A DNA stretch of 54,601 nt from an uncultured Alphaproteobacteria bacterium (GTDB lineage: Bacteria > Pseudomonadota > Alphaproteobacteria > CAAHEQ01 > UBA3637), in the NCBI GenBank assembly GCA_949286245.1, contig CASECF010000076.1:1-54601 (forward strand). Reading direction: 5' to 3'. Each line of letters starts with the position of its first letter. The first letter of the stretch is position 1. The position numbers and the translations under genes are program-made. Shown here piece after piece: positions 37,857 to 47,434 of the stretch. The notes under the pieces are model-generated. The model was not told the origin of the DNA, made no database searches, and worked only from the letters and a program-made list of their open reading frames with translations.

Positions 37857-38510
37857 TTATGCTTTTGTGTTTTCAAACGAGAGAGGTAAAGTTCTGATTT
37901 TGGAACGGGTAATAAAGGATTTTAATCCCTGCTCTTTTTGATAATCTTCTCTGGTTTTGATCCAAATAGCAAAATCTTGGGGAGAATACGAATGCCCTTC
38001 AAAACAAAACGGTTCAAAAACAGGGTGATATCCCCTTTTTTTTGACGTTTCAAGCATACGATCAAATGTTTCATTTCGGTGATGACAAATGCAATATATG
38101 GATTGACAGGCTTGATTTTCAAAAAAAGATCTTTCAACCATTTCCCAAGCCTTTTGAGAATAACGGCGTCCTTTAAAATCATCTGAGACAAAAACGTATA
38201 CGTTAGCCGTATCCCCTTCTCTCTTCATCGAAAAGAAACCGGCCAAAGCATGACTTAAGCGATCATACATAAAATAAAAAGCCTCTCGACCACTTTCCCA
38301 CTTTTGATTCAAATCAGATAAATATGTTTTTATTTCATCAACACTCTGATTCTTCGCCAATGTCTTAAAAACACGCAACTGAGATTGATGTTCTTTTAAT
38401 AAATTTCTAAAACAACGAGCCTGCTGGGTTAAAGTCAAGGGCTCTCCGTTGACACTTTCCAAATATCTGCTTAAAATCAAATCGGAACATTCTAATTTTT
38501 CTTCAAACAT
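37857..38510 (-). CDS. GNAT (RimJ/RimL-like) fold protein
   Basis: FYFMYD...LAGFFSM...VYVFVSDDFKGRRYSQKA...C..RN pattern. Confidence 0.7.
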   Translation of the reverse strand: MFEEKLECSDLILSRYLESVNGEPLTLTQQARCFRNLLKEHQSQLRVFKTLAKNQSVDEIKTYLSDLNQKWESGREAFYFMYDRLSHALAGFFSMKREGDTANVYVFVSDDFKGRRYSQKAWEMVERSFFENQACQSIYCICHHRNETFDRMLETSKKRGYHPVFEPFCFEGHSYSPQDFAIWIKTREDYQKEQGLKSFITRSKIRTLPLSFENTKA

Positions 38511-38529
38511 AGCGAATCCTTTTTTGAAA

Positions 38530-39024
38530 TTACTCTCTTATTAAATAAAGATAATTTAATCTATCACGATGGAGGGGAACCGGTGTTTGGCGTGAAACAG
38601 GATTCATCGGATAAAAGCCACATAGTTTCAAAAAAGATAAATTGTTTTTGTCCTCGCCTCGGCATCGAATTTGAAACAAAACATCTCTTTTATTTTTGAT
38701 GAACTCTAATTCAAACAATTTTAACAATTTTTGCATATCATTTTGAGAAACGGTATCAGAATACCAAAAATCTAAATCAACAACATCCTTAAAAAACGTT
38801 ACGATACCCATCCCCCGTACGTCCCTCTTTCGATCCGAACGAATCAAAAGGACTTTCTTGTTTGGATTTACGGCCAACGACTTCAAAAACATACCCAGAT
38901 CAAACGGATTATCAAGTGACGTCATCCAAGGATGATAACACTTCTTTCTTGCGGATAGAGCGGTTATCGTCTTCCATAAATCATTAACGGTTTTAATATT
39001 CTCCGAAAATGCTTCCCAATGCAT
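38530..39024 (-). CDS. Divergent GNAT-like hypothetical protein
   Basis: VRGMGIV...DLDFWY...FQIRC..EDKNNLSFLKLCGF resembles the GNAT C-terminal half; lies between two GNAT genes. Confidence 0.5.
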   Translation of the reverse strand: MHWEAFSENIKTVNDLWKTITALSARKKCYHPWMTSLDNPFDLGMFLKSLAVNPNKKVLLIRSDRKRDVRGMGIVTFFKDVVDLDFWYSDTVSQNDMQKLLKLFELEFIKNKRDVLFQIRCRGEDKNNLSFLKLCGFYPMNPVSRQTPVPLHRDRLNYLYLIRE

Positions 39025-39058
39025 GAGATCCCCTATTTAGGTACAATCTAGCGTATTT

Positions 39059-39676
39059 CTATCTTGTATAACTATTTTGAGCCAAATATTTATAAACAGA
39101 TACGGGCATTAAATTTGTTTTTCCGCTCCGATAAGCATCCATATCCTGTTTTTCTTCCTTTGTCTTAACATAAGTCATTGCAAAAGCATCTTGATCTCTT
39201 CCGTTTAACAACCGATAACCCGAGTCTCCCGCCATACAACGACCGGACATATTTAACGGGTGACAATTTAAAACGATCTGATTAATTCCAGATTCAAACA
39301 AGACATCTTCCATTTTGCTCAAAACACTTGAAGCTATTTTTTGACGTTGATATTGACGATCCGTTAAATAAATAATCTCGACTGTTTTTTCTAACAAATC
39401 GATATAAATAGTTTGAACACCGCACATTACATCATCTTTAAAAATGCCATAAGAGATTTCCTGATAAGGGAATTCATCTTGTTTCTCTTGCTTTTGAAAG
39501 GCGCTCAAGAGTTCTTTTTCATCCATTTTAAGAGAAGAAGAATAAGCAAAATTCGACTCGGGAAGATTGTCCTTCAATAATTTTGAAAATTGAGAAATTT
39601 CTGCTTCATTTGGTTTTATTTTTCTGATCATTAACCCAAACGTTTCAAATTCATCCGGCATAAAAATTTTTTTCAT
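39059..39676 (-). CDS. GNAT (RimJ/RimL-like) fold protein
   Basis: SYGIFKDDVMCG...VEIIYLTDRQYQRQKIAS...LNCHPLN...SGY; ATG at 39676 with AAGGGG RBS. Confidence 0.75.
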   Translation of the reverse strand: MKKIFMPDEFETFGLMIRKIKPNEAEISQFSKLLKDNLPESNFAYSSSLKMDEKELLSAFQKQEKQDEFPYQEISYGIFKDDVMCGVQTIYIDLLEKTVEIIYLTDRQYQRQKIASSVLSKMEDVLFESGINQIVLNCHPLNMSGRCMAGDSGYRLLNGRDQDAFAMTYVKTKEEKQDMDAYRSGKTNLMPVSVYKYLAQNSYTR

Positions 39677-39785
39677 GATGTTTCCCCTTCTTATATAACA
39701 AAATTTCAACTGGTTAAGAGTATTGCACACTTTTAAATTTTTGTCAATATTTTATTTTAATAAAATCTTATAGACAAAAATAGGG

Positions 39786-39848
39786 TTGAAATAAAAAAAC
39801 AAAAAGAGTATAATTTTTTTCTATTTGAGAGGGGAACACATGCAAAAC
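39786..39848 (+). promoter_or_regulatory. uvrA promoter and near-consensus LexA box
   Basis: TTGAAA-17 bp-TATAAT (39786-39814); GAAC-acatgca-AAAC (39834-39848) over the start codon. Confidence 0.6.
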
Positions 39849-42641
39849 TTTATACGAATTCGAGGAGCCCGAGAACATAATTTAAAAAACATAGACGTTG
39901 ATATTCCAAGGGACAAGCTGGTTGTTATCACCGGATTATCGGGATCCGGCAAATCATCACTGGCTTTTGACACCATTTATGCCGAGGGCCAACGGCGTTA
40001 TGTTGAAAGTCTTTCGGCATATGCTCGTCAATTTTTAGATTTAATGAAAAAACCGGACACGGATTTAATTGAAGGCCTTTCTCCGGCAATTTCGATTGAA
40101 CAAAAAACGACATCCAAGAACCCTCGTTCCACGGTCGGAACCGTCACGGAGATTTATGACTATATGCGTCTGCTATGGGCCAGAATCGGCGTTCCGTATT
40201 CTCCAGCCACAGGATTACCGATTGAAGCACAAACCATCACACAAATGGTTGATATTTTAATGCAACGCCAAGCGGGAACTCGTTTACTGATTTTATCTCC
40301 GGTTATCCGCGGACGAAAAGGAGAATATCGAAAAGACATACAAGACTTTCAAAAAAAAGGTTTTACACGGGTAAAAATTGACGGAGAGATCTATGATATT
40401 GAAGAGACTCCCGCTTTAGATAAAAATCGAAAACACGATTTATCAATTGTTATTGATCGCCTCGTCATTAAAGAAGGGATTGAGAGTCGATTAGCCGAAT
40501 CACTTGAAAAAGCGACAAATTTTGCGGAGGGTCTTGCGGTTGTCGAAAATGCGGACACGCAAGAAGAAACCTTGTTTTCGACCCAATTTTCCTGTCCTGT
40601 TTCCGGTTTTACGATTGCCGAATTAGAGCCTCGTTTATTTTCCTTTAACAATCCGAACGGGGCCTGTCCTTCTTGTTCCGGATTGGGATTCAAACTGTAT
40701 ATTGATCCGAAACTGGTTATACCGGATCCTGACAAAACGATTCGAAGCGGCGCCATTGCACCTTGGAGTTCTCAAACGGGAGAGACATTCCAATGGTATG
40801 ACAGTATTTTCAAATCGCTTCAAAAGAGCCTTAAATTGAATATGGACATTCCATGGAGAAGTCTTCCGGAAAAGATTCAACAGGCTATTTTATACGGATT
40901 TCAAAAGGGTAAAACTTCTTTTGAAGGCGTCATTCCCAATATGGAACGTCGTTATTTGGAGACATCATCGGATTGGATGAGAGAAGAAATAGGGAAATAC
41001 CAAACGTCTTCTCCTTGTGAAACGTGTCACGGTCAACGATTAAATCCGGAAGCTCTTTGCGTTAAGGTTGGCGGGTTAAACATTTCCGAGGCGACTCACT
41101 GTTCCATTTATGAGGCACTTATCTGGTTTCAGGAGCTTCCGAAAACACTTTCTCAACAGAAACAAGAAATTGCCTCGCGTATTTTAAAGGAGATTATTGA
41201 TCGACTGACATTTTTGGACAATGTCGGATTGGGTTATTTATCGTTGGATCGAATGAGTGGCACCCTTTCAGGCGGAGAATCGCAACGTATTCGATTAGCT
41301 AGTCAAATTGGGTCTGGGTTAACGGGTGTTCTTTACGTTTTGGACGAACCCTCCATTGGTCTTCATCAAAGAGACAACGATCGTCTTCTCTCAACGCTGA
41401 CGCACTTAAGAGATTTGGGGAACACCGTTATTGTTGTGGAACATGATGAGGATGCGATTCGATCAGCCGACTTTGTTTTGGATATCGGTCCCGGTGCGGG
41501 ACGAAATGGCGGACACATTGTGGCACAAGGGACACCGCAAGATATTATTAACAATCCGCTTTCGACGACAGGACAATTTTTATCGGGTATGCGACAAATT
41601 TTAATCCCCGAAAAACGTCGATCCGGAAACGGTCAATTTTTAACGATTGAGGGAGCAACCGCAAATAATTTAAAAGATATTACCGTCAATATTCCTCTCG
41701 GAACATTCACTTGTGTGAGCGGTGTTTCCGGTGGCGGAAAATCCTCGCTGGTTATCGAAACGCTTTATAAAGGGCTCAATCAACTGATCAATAAATCCCG
41801 AGAACCTTCCGGTCCTTTTAAACGAATGAAGGGAATGGGACATATTGATAAAATTATTGATATTGATCAGAGCCCCATTGGTAGAACCCCACGCTCCAAT
41901 CCGGCGACTTATACGGGTATATTCACCGAAATTCGGGATTGGTTTTCCCATCTACCGGAAGCGCTCATTCGAGGCTATAAACCGGGTCGTTTTTCATTTA
42001 ACGTCAAAGGAGGACGGTGCGAAGCCTGTTCCGGAGACGGTGTTTTAAAAATTGAAATGCATTTTTTACCGGATGTTTATGTTCAATGCGACACCTGTCA
42101 AGGGAAACGATACAATCGAGAAACGTTGGAAGTTCTCTACAAAGGGAAATCCATTGCAGATGTTTTAGATATGACGGTTGACGAAGCAACGGATTTCTTT
42201 CAAAATATTCCACATATACACGAAAAATGTGTTTTACTTCAAAAAGTCGGATTAGGATATATTTCATTAGGTCAATCCGCCATAACTCTTTCCGGTGGAG
42301 AAGCGCAACGGATTAAACTTTCAAAAGAACTCGCCAAGCGAGGAACCGGCAAAACACTTTATATTTTAGATGAACCGACAACGGGTCTTCACTTTGCCGA
42401 TGTTCAAAAGCTGTTAGAAGTTTTGCACGCATTGGTTGATCAAGGGAATACGGTCGTTGTCATTGAGCATAACTTAGATGTTATAAAGACAGCGGATTAT
42501 CTGATTGATATGGGGCCTGAAGGTGGCGATAAAGGGGGCCATGTTGTAGCCACGGGAACACCGGAACAAGTTGCCGAGAATCCGAGAAGCTATACGGGAC
42601 AGTATTTAAAACGCATTTTTGAAAAAGCAAAAAAAGGATAA
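39840..42641 (+). CDS. uvrA: Excinuclease ABC subunit A
   Basis: [56 protein letters not shown]. Confidence 0.99.
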   Translation: MQNFIRIRGAREHNLKNIDVDIPRDKLVVITGLSGSGKSSLAFDTIYAEGQRRYVESLSAYARQFLDLMKKPDTDLIEGLSPAISIEQKTTSKNPRSTVGTVTEIYDYMRLLWARIGVPYSPATGLPIEAQTITQMVDILMQRQAGTRLLILSPVIRGRKGEYRKDIQDFQKKGFTRVKIDGEIYDIEETPALDKNRKHDLSIVIDRLVIKEGIESRLAESLEKATNFAEGLAVVENADTQEETLFSTQFSCPVSGFTIAELEPRLFSFNNPNGACPSCSGLGFKLYIDPKLVIPDPDKTIRSGAIAPWSSQTGETFQWYDSIFKSLQKSLKLNMDIPWRSLPEKIQQAILYGFQKGKTSFEGVIPNMERRYLETSSDWMREEIGKYQTSSPCETCHGQRLNPEALCVKVGGLNISEATHCSIYEALIWFQELPKTLSQQKQEIASRILKEIIDRLTFLDNVGLGYLSLDRMSGTLSGGESQRIRLASQIGSGLTGVLYVLDEPSIGLHQRDNDRLLSTLTHLRDLGNTVIVVEHDEDAIRSADFVLDIGPGAGRNGGHIVAQGTPQDIINNPLSTTGQFLSGMRQILIPEKRRSGNGQFLTIEGATANNLKDITVNIPLGTFTCVSGVSGGGKSSLVIETLYKGLNQLINKSREPSGPFKRMKGMGHIDKIIDIDQSPIGRTPRSNPATYTGIFTEIRDWFSHLPEALIRGYKPGRFSFNVKGGRCEACSGDGVLKIEMHFLPDVYVQCDTCQGKRYNRETLEVLYKGKSIADVLDMTVDEATDFFQNIPHIHEKCVLLQKVGLGYISLGQSAITLSGGEAQRIKLSKELAKRGTGKTLYILDEPTTGLHFADVQKLLEVLHALVDQGNTVVVIEHNLDVIKTADYLIDMGPEGGDKGGHVVATGTPEQVAENPRSYTGQYLKRIFEKAKKG

Positions 42642-42710
42642 AAATAACGATCTTGTTATTTTAAACGTTTGGAATACTCAAAAAGCTTTTCTTCCTCTTT
42701 TATTTTTGAA

Positions 42711-42765
42711 AAAAATTCCGTTCTTAATTTCTGAATATTTCAAACTTTAAGAACGGAAAATTTTT
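42711..42765. terminator. Imperfect hairpin between convergent uvrA and the OMP gene
   Basis: aaaaattccgttcttaa ... ttaagaacggaaaattttt; a smaller hairpin lies at 42642-42662. Confidence 0.5.
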
Positions 42766-42787
42766 GCTTCAATTTATATTTTGTCGG

Positions 42788-43411
42788 TTAAAAAATATAA
42801 CGGGCACCGACATACCCTTCATGTCCGCTGATATCAACGTCCATGATATCTCCGAATTCAGATTTATTGACATCAATATAGCGATATCCGATATCAAAAC
42901 TGATATTCTTTGTTAAATTGATTCCCAAACCGGCACCGAGCGACCATGTAAAAGAATTTCCTGTATCGGAATAATCCAAACCGGATCCGGCCGGTGTTTT
43001 AAACTCATAATTGGTCCAACCCAGTCCTGCATTCAAATAGGGAATAACCGGACTATTCGGGAGAGGGAGATCATAATAACCATTAAACATATAACGGGAT
43101 AAATATGCTTTATCGCCATTGTCCTCAGCTTCAGACAACCCCGTTATTTCAAATTCGAATCGCCATTGAGGAATCTGAATACCGACAGCCGGAGAAAACA
43201 TGGCCAAGGTATCTTTTGAATCACCGGCACGTGTATCGAATTGAGAAGATGAAAAACCGGCTTTAACACCGACATAAGGTCGAATATTCCATTGCCCTTG
43301 ACTATAGACGGAAGAAGATCCGAAACTATCATCATAATAACCATATTCCTGAGCCTGAACCGATCCTGCAATCATAAAAAGTGTCGTTGCCATTAAAAAA
43401 AGTTTTTTCAT
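42788..43411 (-). CDS. Outer-membrane 8-stranded beta-barrel protein (opacity/OmpA-like)
   Basis: Signal peptide ending AQA, WRFEFE, MFNGYYD, PYLNAGLG, FDIGYRY, C-terminal ARYIF. Confidence 0.9.
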   Translation of the reverse strand: MKKLFLMATTLFMIAGSVQAQEYGYYDDSFGSSSVYSQGQWNIRPYVGVKAGFSSSQFDTRAGDSKDTLAMFSPAVGIQIPQWRFEFEITGLSEAEDNGDKAYLSRYMFNGYYDLPLPNSPVIPYLNAGLGWTNYEFKTPAGSGLDYSDTGNSFTWSLGAGLGINLTKNISFDIGYRYIDVNKSEFGDIMDVDISGHEGYVGARYIF

Positions 43412-43687
43412 GCTTATTCCTTTCATATAAAAACATAAAAACATATGATTATTGAATACTGTTTCATTTTTATTGTCAACACAAAAGTATGACTACAGAT
43501 ATCTTTTGACGATTTTCAGCAAGGGTGATATAAAGCCCTTGATCCGATTTATCGTCAAAGTCCATTAAAAAATATTCATGGAGAGAAGGTTCATACGAAA
43601 ATACAAAAATCAACAAATAAACTTGACCCTTTAAAATATTTTTTTTATTCTGTTTCACATGTACTACTTAAATCGGATGAAATCGTA

Positions 43688-44578
43688 ATGTACCGTTATG
43701 TTAAATATTTTGTATTGTTTGCTTTGTCTTGTTCTCTTTCCTTCCTCTATTTTAAAGAGAACGTACATCCGACACGCCCCTCTTATACGTCTCTTTATTC
43801 CGGACAAAATAAATTTGTCGCCTTTGTTCGTGTTAAAAATGAAATAAAAACACTTGAGGCTTGTTTGGATTCCATCGATGGTGTTTTTCATCGAATCGTT
43901 TTGATCCATTCAAATGAACCAGATGACGGCTCTATTGAATTCATGAACAAGTGGTGTCAAAAAAGACCATATTGTGAGATACACGAATATCCGCATGCCG
44001 TTCTTCCTTCCAATGATCCACGCTATCAACATAACCCGCCCTATCAAAATACACTGGCAGCTTACTACAATTTCGGTCTGTCTTTTTTTGAACCGGAAGA
44101 TTGGGTCGTTAAAATTGATGCGGATCAAATCTATATAACGGGGACTTTAGTGCAAGCACTTCAAAAAATAGATAAAAAGGCTCAAAACGCAGATCACTAT
44201 TTATTAGGAATAACCGGCATTAACTCGCTGGTTTGGAAAGGCCGTTTGGTAAACGACAAAAAGGCTCCGATCAACGGACTTGAATTTGATTCGTTTATTG
44301 TCAAAAGAAAGTACATAAAAACATTCACTCAAGGCCCCTATTGGGAAAGGCTCCGATTTGTGGACACCCCCGACTTAACAAAAGGAGTATTCCCCCGCAT
44401 GGTTTTCTGGTTTCACTTTTCAGACCAAATTAAAAAGAAATACACACAGTATTCAGCCGACAATATTCCCGAAACGGATATTTCAGAGTTCACCGATCCT
44501 GAGAAAAAGCTTTACAGACAGTGGATTTTACCCCGATTACAAAAAGCGAATTCGCCTTACAAAGATCTTGCGATATAA
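43688..44578 (+). CDS. CgtA-like (GT82) beta-1,4-N-acetylgalactosaminyltransferase family protein with N-terminal membrane anchor
   Basis: AFVRVKNEIKTL..CLDSI, DDGSIEF, TLAAYYNF, DWVVKIDADQIY match the Campylobacter CgtA pattern as I recall it. Confidence 0.75.
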   Translation: MYRYVKYFVLFALSCSLSFLYFKENVHPTRPSYTSLYSGQNKFVAFVRVKNEIKTLEACLDSIDGVFHRIVLIHSNEPDDGSIEFMNKWCQKRPYCEIHEYPHAVLPSNDPRYQHNPPYQNTLAAYYNFGLSFFEPEDWVVKIDADQIYITGTLVQALQKIDKKAQNADHYLLGITGINSLVWKGRLVNDKKAPINGLEFDSFIVKRKYIKTFTQGPYWERLRFVDTPDLTKGVFPRMVFWFHFSDQIKKKYTQYSADNIPETDISEFTDPEKKLYRQWILPRLQKANSPYKDLAI

Positions 44579-44632
44579 CTTTTTATTTCGGGAAAGAGCG
44601 GGTTTGGAGAGCCTTCAAAACAAAAAATATAC

Positions 44633-44661
44633 TTGAACTTCCGCATTATTTTTTTTATACT
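44633..44661 (+). promoter_or_regulatory. Putative sigma70 promoter of the second OMP gene
   Basis: TTGAAC-17 bp-TATACT. Confidence 0.6.
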
Positions 44662-44700
44662 TTTGACAGGTTGTAAAAATCTTACAAGAAAGGATAATGA

Positions 44701-45258
44701 ATGAAACCGAATATTTTTATGTATGTGGGAATTTGTGGGCTCATATTTGCCTCTTTTAATGCAGAAGCTAAAGGTTATTTTGGATTAAGAGGGGAGTTAT
44801 CTACCGTCAAAGAAAAAGAAATTTGGAAAGAAACAGACGATCTTCCGGGAGGCTCTGCTTTTTTAGGGGTTTCATCCGGACCACTGAGAATGGAATTAGA
44901 ATATTCTTATATCGGGCACGCTAAATTTACACGAAAAGATCTGGATAAGTTGGAAAGTCGCTTCCAACGAGGTTTAGTAAATGGTTTTATCAACTTACCG
45001 ATCAGAGGATTATCAGTAAGTCCTTTCCTGACAGCGGGTGCCGGAGCGGTTTATCATTCATTGAAATATGCCGGAGAAAAAGAAGACGGATTTGAGTTTG
45101 CCTGGACAGTGGGTGCCGGCCTCTCCATTGATTTAACGAGAAATGTAGCTGTTGACTTCGGATACCGCTATGTTGATATGGGGGATGGAGAAATTGCCGG
45201 TAAATCGATCAAATTTAAGTCCAATGAAACATTTGCCGGAGTCCGGTTTGCATTCTAA
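44701..45258 (+). CDS. Outer-membrane 8-stranded beta-barrel protein (paralogue family of 42788-43411)
   Basis: Signal peptide AEA, LRMELEY, PFLTAGAG, VDFGYRY, C-terminal VRFAF. Confidence 0.9.
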   Translation: MKPNIFMYVGICGLIFASFNAEAKGYFGLRGELSTVKEKEIWKETDDLPGGSAFLGVSSGPLRMELEYSYIGHAKFTRKDLDKLESRFQRGLVNGFINLPIRGLSVSPFLTAGAGAVYHSLKYAGEKEDGFEFAWTVGAGLSIDLTRNVAVDFGYRYVDMGDGEIAGKSIKFKSNETFAGVRFAF

Positions 45259-45273
45259 AAAAGAAGAAAAGTC

Positions 45274-45738
45274 ATGAAGCAAATCGTTCTATTGTGTTTC
45301 CTTTTCTTTCTGATTGGCACTTTCTCCCTTTTGGTAGCTTGTCAATCTGAAGATATCGGCCCATTCATACAACACGGAGATCACCGTCACCCTTATGAAG
45401 TCAAGGATTACTACGGATTTTCTTATTATCAGGTAGACAAGCTGTCTTGTTCTCGGGATGAGCATTTTGTTCGCCATTTTAGTGATGGCGTGCGAACCTG
45501 TTGTCCCAACACACATATTTTTAATGGATATTGTTGTACAGAGATACAAGGAGGCAAGTGTTGTAATGAAGCGGGAAATTGTTGTCCCACCCAAAGGCCT
45601 CTGCTTGATTCTTTTGGGAAATGTCATAGTTGTGCCGAAAATATATCCATCGATGTACGCGGACAGGAATTGAATTGCTTTATTTGCGGAGAAACAAGGC
45701 GACTTACGGATGACGGACAATGTATTTTAAATCGATAA
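45274..45738 (+). CDS. Cysteine-rich putative lipoprotein
   Basis: Lipobox LVAC; 14 further Cys including four CC doublets; CPTQRPLLDSFGKCHSC module. Confidence 0.75.
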   Translation: MKQIVLLCFLFFLIGTFSLLVACQSEDIGPFIQHGDHRHPYEVKDYYGFSYYQVDKLSCSRDEHFVRHFSDGVRTCCPNTHIFNGYCCTEIQGGKCCNEAGNCCPTQRPLLDSFGKCHSCAENISIDVRGQELNCFICGETRRLTDDGQCILNR

Positions 45739-45794
45739 TATCTATTTTGGGAAATAAATATTTAAAATCAAAATTTAGTAAAATTAGTTAGTAA

Positions 45795-46904
45795 ATGGGA
45801 AAAAAACAACCAGATAATCCTCTAAAAAAGTATGATTTTTCACCAATAAAGATGAGAAAACCTTCTATTCTTAAATCGGGTGATCTGGTTGCTCTCACTT
45901 CTCATTCAAACGGAACCGCTTATATCTATCCCAATAGATATCAAATAGGGAAGCGGCAATTAGAAGAAGCTTTTCATCTCCGAACAATCGAAACGCCTAA
46001 CGCACTTTTACCACCGGAAGAGTTATATAATTCTCCTCAAAAAAGAGCAGACGACATTCACTGGGCTCTTAAAAATCCAAATGTAAAAGCTATTTTTTCA
46101 ATTATCGGAGGCGATGATGCCGTTCGTCTTATTCCCTATTTAGATTTTGACCTGATCCGAAAACATCCCAAAATTTTTCTGGGTTATTCCGATGCAACCG
46201 TTTTACACTTTGCTTTTATGAAAGCCGGTATCGTTTCAATTTACGGTCCGAGCATTTTATCCGGCTTTGCCGAAAACGGCGGACTTTTCCCCTATATGAG
46301 AAAAGCTGTTCAGAATATCCTTTTTTCTGACAAACCCATTGGGAATCTAGTCCCCAATTTAGATGGTTGGACCGACGAACTACTCAACTGGGGAAATCCT
46401 TCAACCCAACAACTTCGCAGAACACTCAAACCATCGAGCGGATACCGTTTTTTAAACAGTCAAAAAATAGCCTGTGGCAGGCTTATCGGCGGATGTATAG
46501 AAGTTTTGGATATGCTGAAAGGAAGCGCCGTCTGGCCCTCACCCACACAATGGGACGGATGCATTTTCTTTTTTGAAATTTCCGAAGAGACACCACCTCC
46601 TCGTTGGCTTCTTTATCAATTGCGTAATTATGCTGCAATGGGTATTCTCAAAAGAATGAATGGGATTTTATTTGGTCGTGTTGGATTCGTTTCTGAAGAG
46701 AAAAATCACGAATATGAAAAAATGATTCTCAAAGTTTTACAAGAAGAGAATTTAGATATTCCAGTTGTTTCAAATATGGATTTTGGTCATACCGAGCCTC
46801 AGGGATGTATTCCATATGGTGTCTCGTGTCAAATCAATCCGTTGGAACAAACAGTCACCATAACCGAAAACGCACTTGAAAGGAATTTTAAAAGGAATTT
46901 CTAA
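45795..46904 (+). CDS. S66 family peptidase (LD-carboxypeptidase / MccF-like)
   Basis: GYSD (catalytic Ser), FFFEISEE (Glu), DFGHT (His), GRLIGGC. Confidence 0.93.
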   Translation: MGKKQPDNPLKKYDFSPIKMRKPSILKSGDLVALTSHSNGTAYIYPNRYQIGKRQLEEAFHLRTIETPNALLPPEELYNSPQKRADDIHWALKNPNVKAIFSIIGGDDAVRLIPYLDFDLIRKHPKIFLGYSDATVLHFAFMKAGIVSIYGPSILSGFAENGGLFPYMRKAVQNILFSDKPIGNLVPNLDGWTDELLNWGNPSTQQLRRTLKPSSGYRFLNSQKIACGRLIGGCIEVLDMLKGSAVWPSPTQWDGCIFFFEISEETPPPRWLLYQLRNYAAMGILKRMNGILFGRVGFVSEEKNHEYEKMILKVLQEENLDIPVVSNMDFGHTEPQGCIPYGVSCQINPLEQTVTITENALERNFKRNF

Positions 46905-46905
46905 G

Positions 46906-47361
46906 ATGATTTTTTGTGATTTAGACGGTGTATTAGCTAACTTTGATGAATGCTTTCGAAAATGGTATGGTGTTCGTCCGGATGAAATTTCTCGACTTGA
47001 ATTATGGGAAAAGGTTCAAGAAACACCTTATTATTGGGAGCGATTGGAGTTAATCGCTGATGCGCCGGTCTTAATTGATTATCTAAATAAATTTGACTAT
47101 CAGATTCTGACAGGTTTACCCAAAATCGGATACGAAAGCGCCGAGAGGCAAAAAAAGAAATGGGTTCAAAATCACTTAGGAGATCGTCCCGTTATTTGCT
47201 GTTTGAGTAAAGATAAACCTCTTTTTGGACAACCGGGGGATATACTGATTGACGATTACCAACCTAATATCAAAGCATGGAACAAAATGGGCGGTATCGG
47301 AATTTTACATCAATCAGCTCAAGAAACAATTAACATCCTCAACAAACTTAATATTAAGTAG
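46906..47361 (+). CDS. HAD-superfamily 5'(3')-deoxyribonucleotidase (NT5C-like)
   Basis: IFCDLDGVLANF, ILTG, KKKWV, ILIDD, W...GGIGILH. Confidence 0.85.
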   Translation: MIFCDLDGVLANFDECFRKWYGVRPDEISRLELWEKVQETPYYWERLELIADAPVLIDYLNKFDYQILTGLPKIGYESAERQKKKWVQNHLGDRPVICCLSKDKPLFGQPGDILIDDYQPNIKAWNKMGGIGILHQSAQETINILNKLNIK

Positions 47362-47434
47362 ACCTGTTTATAACATCTGACAAACCACTACCCACCTGCA
47401 TATATTTGCACCGAGACACTCCGCAAAAGTACTT

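Noticed and set aside
45289-45720. 143 aa antisense ORF opposite the Cys-rich lipoprotein
   Set aside because: The plus-strand ORF has a signal peptide, lipobox and operon context, so the minus ORF is a shadow. The same applies to the many short ORFs nested in or antisense to housekeeping genes.
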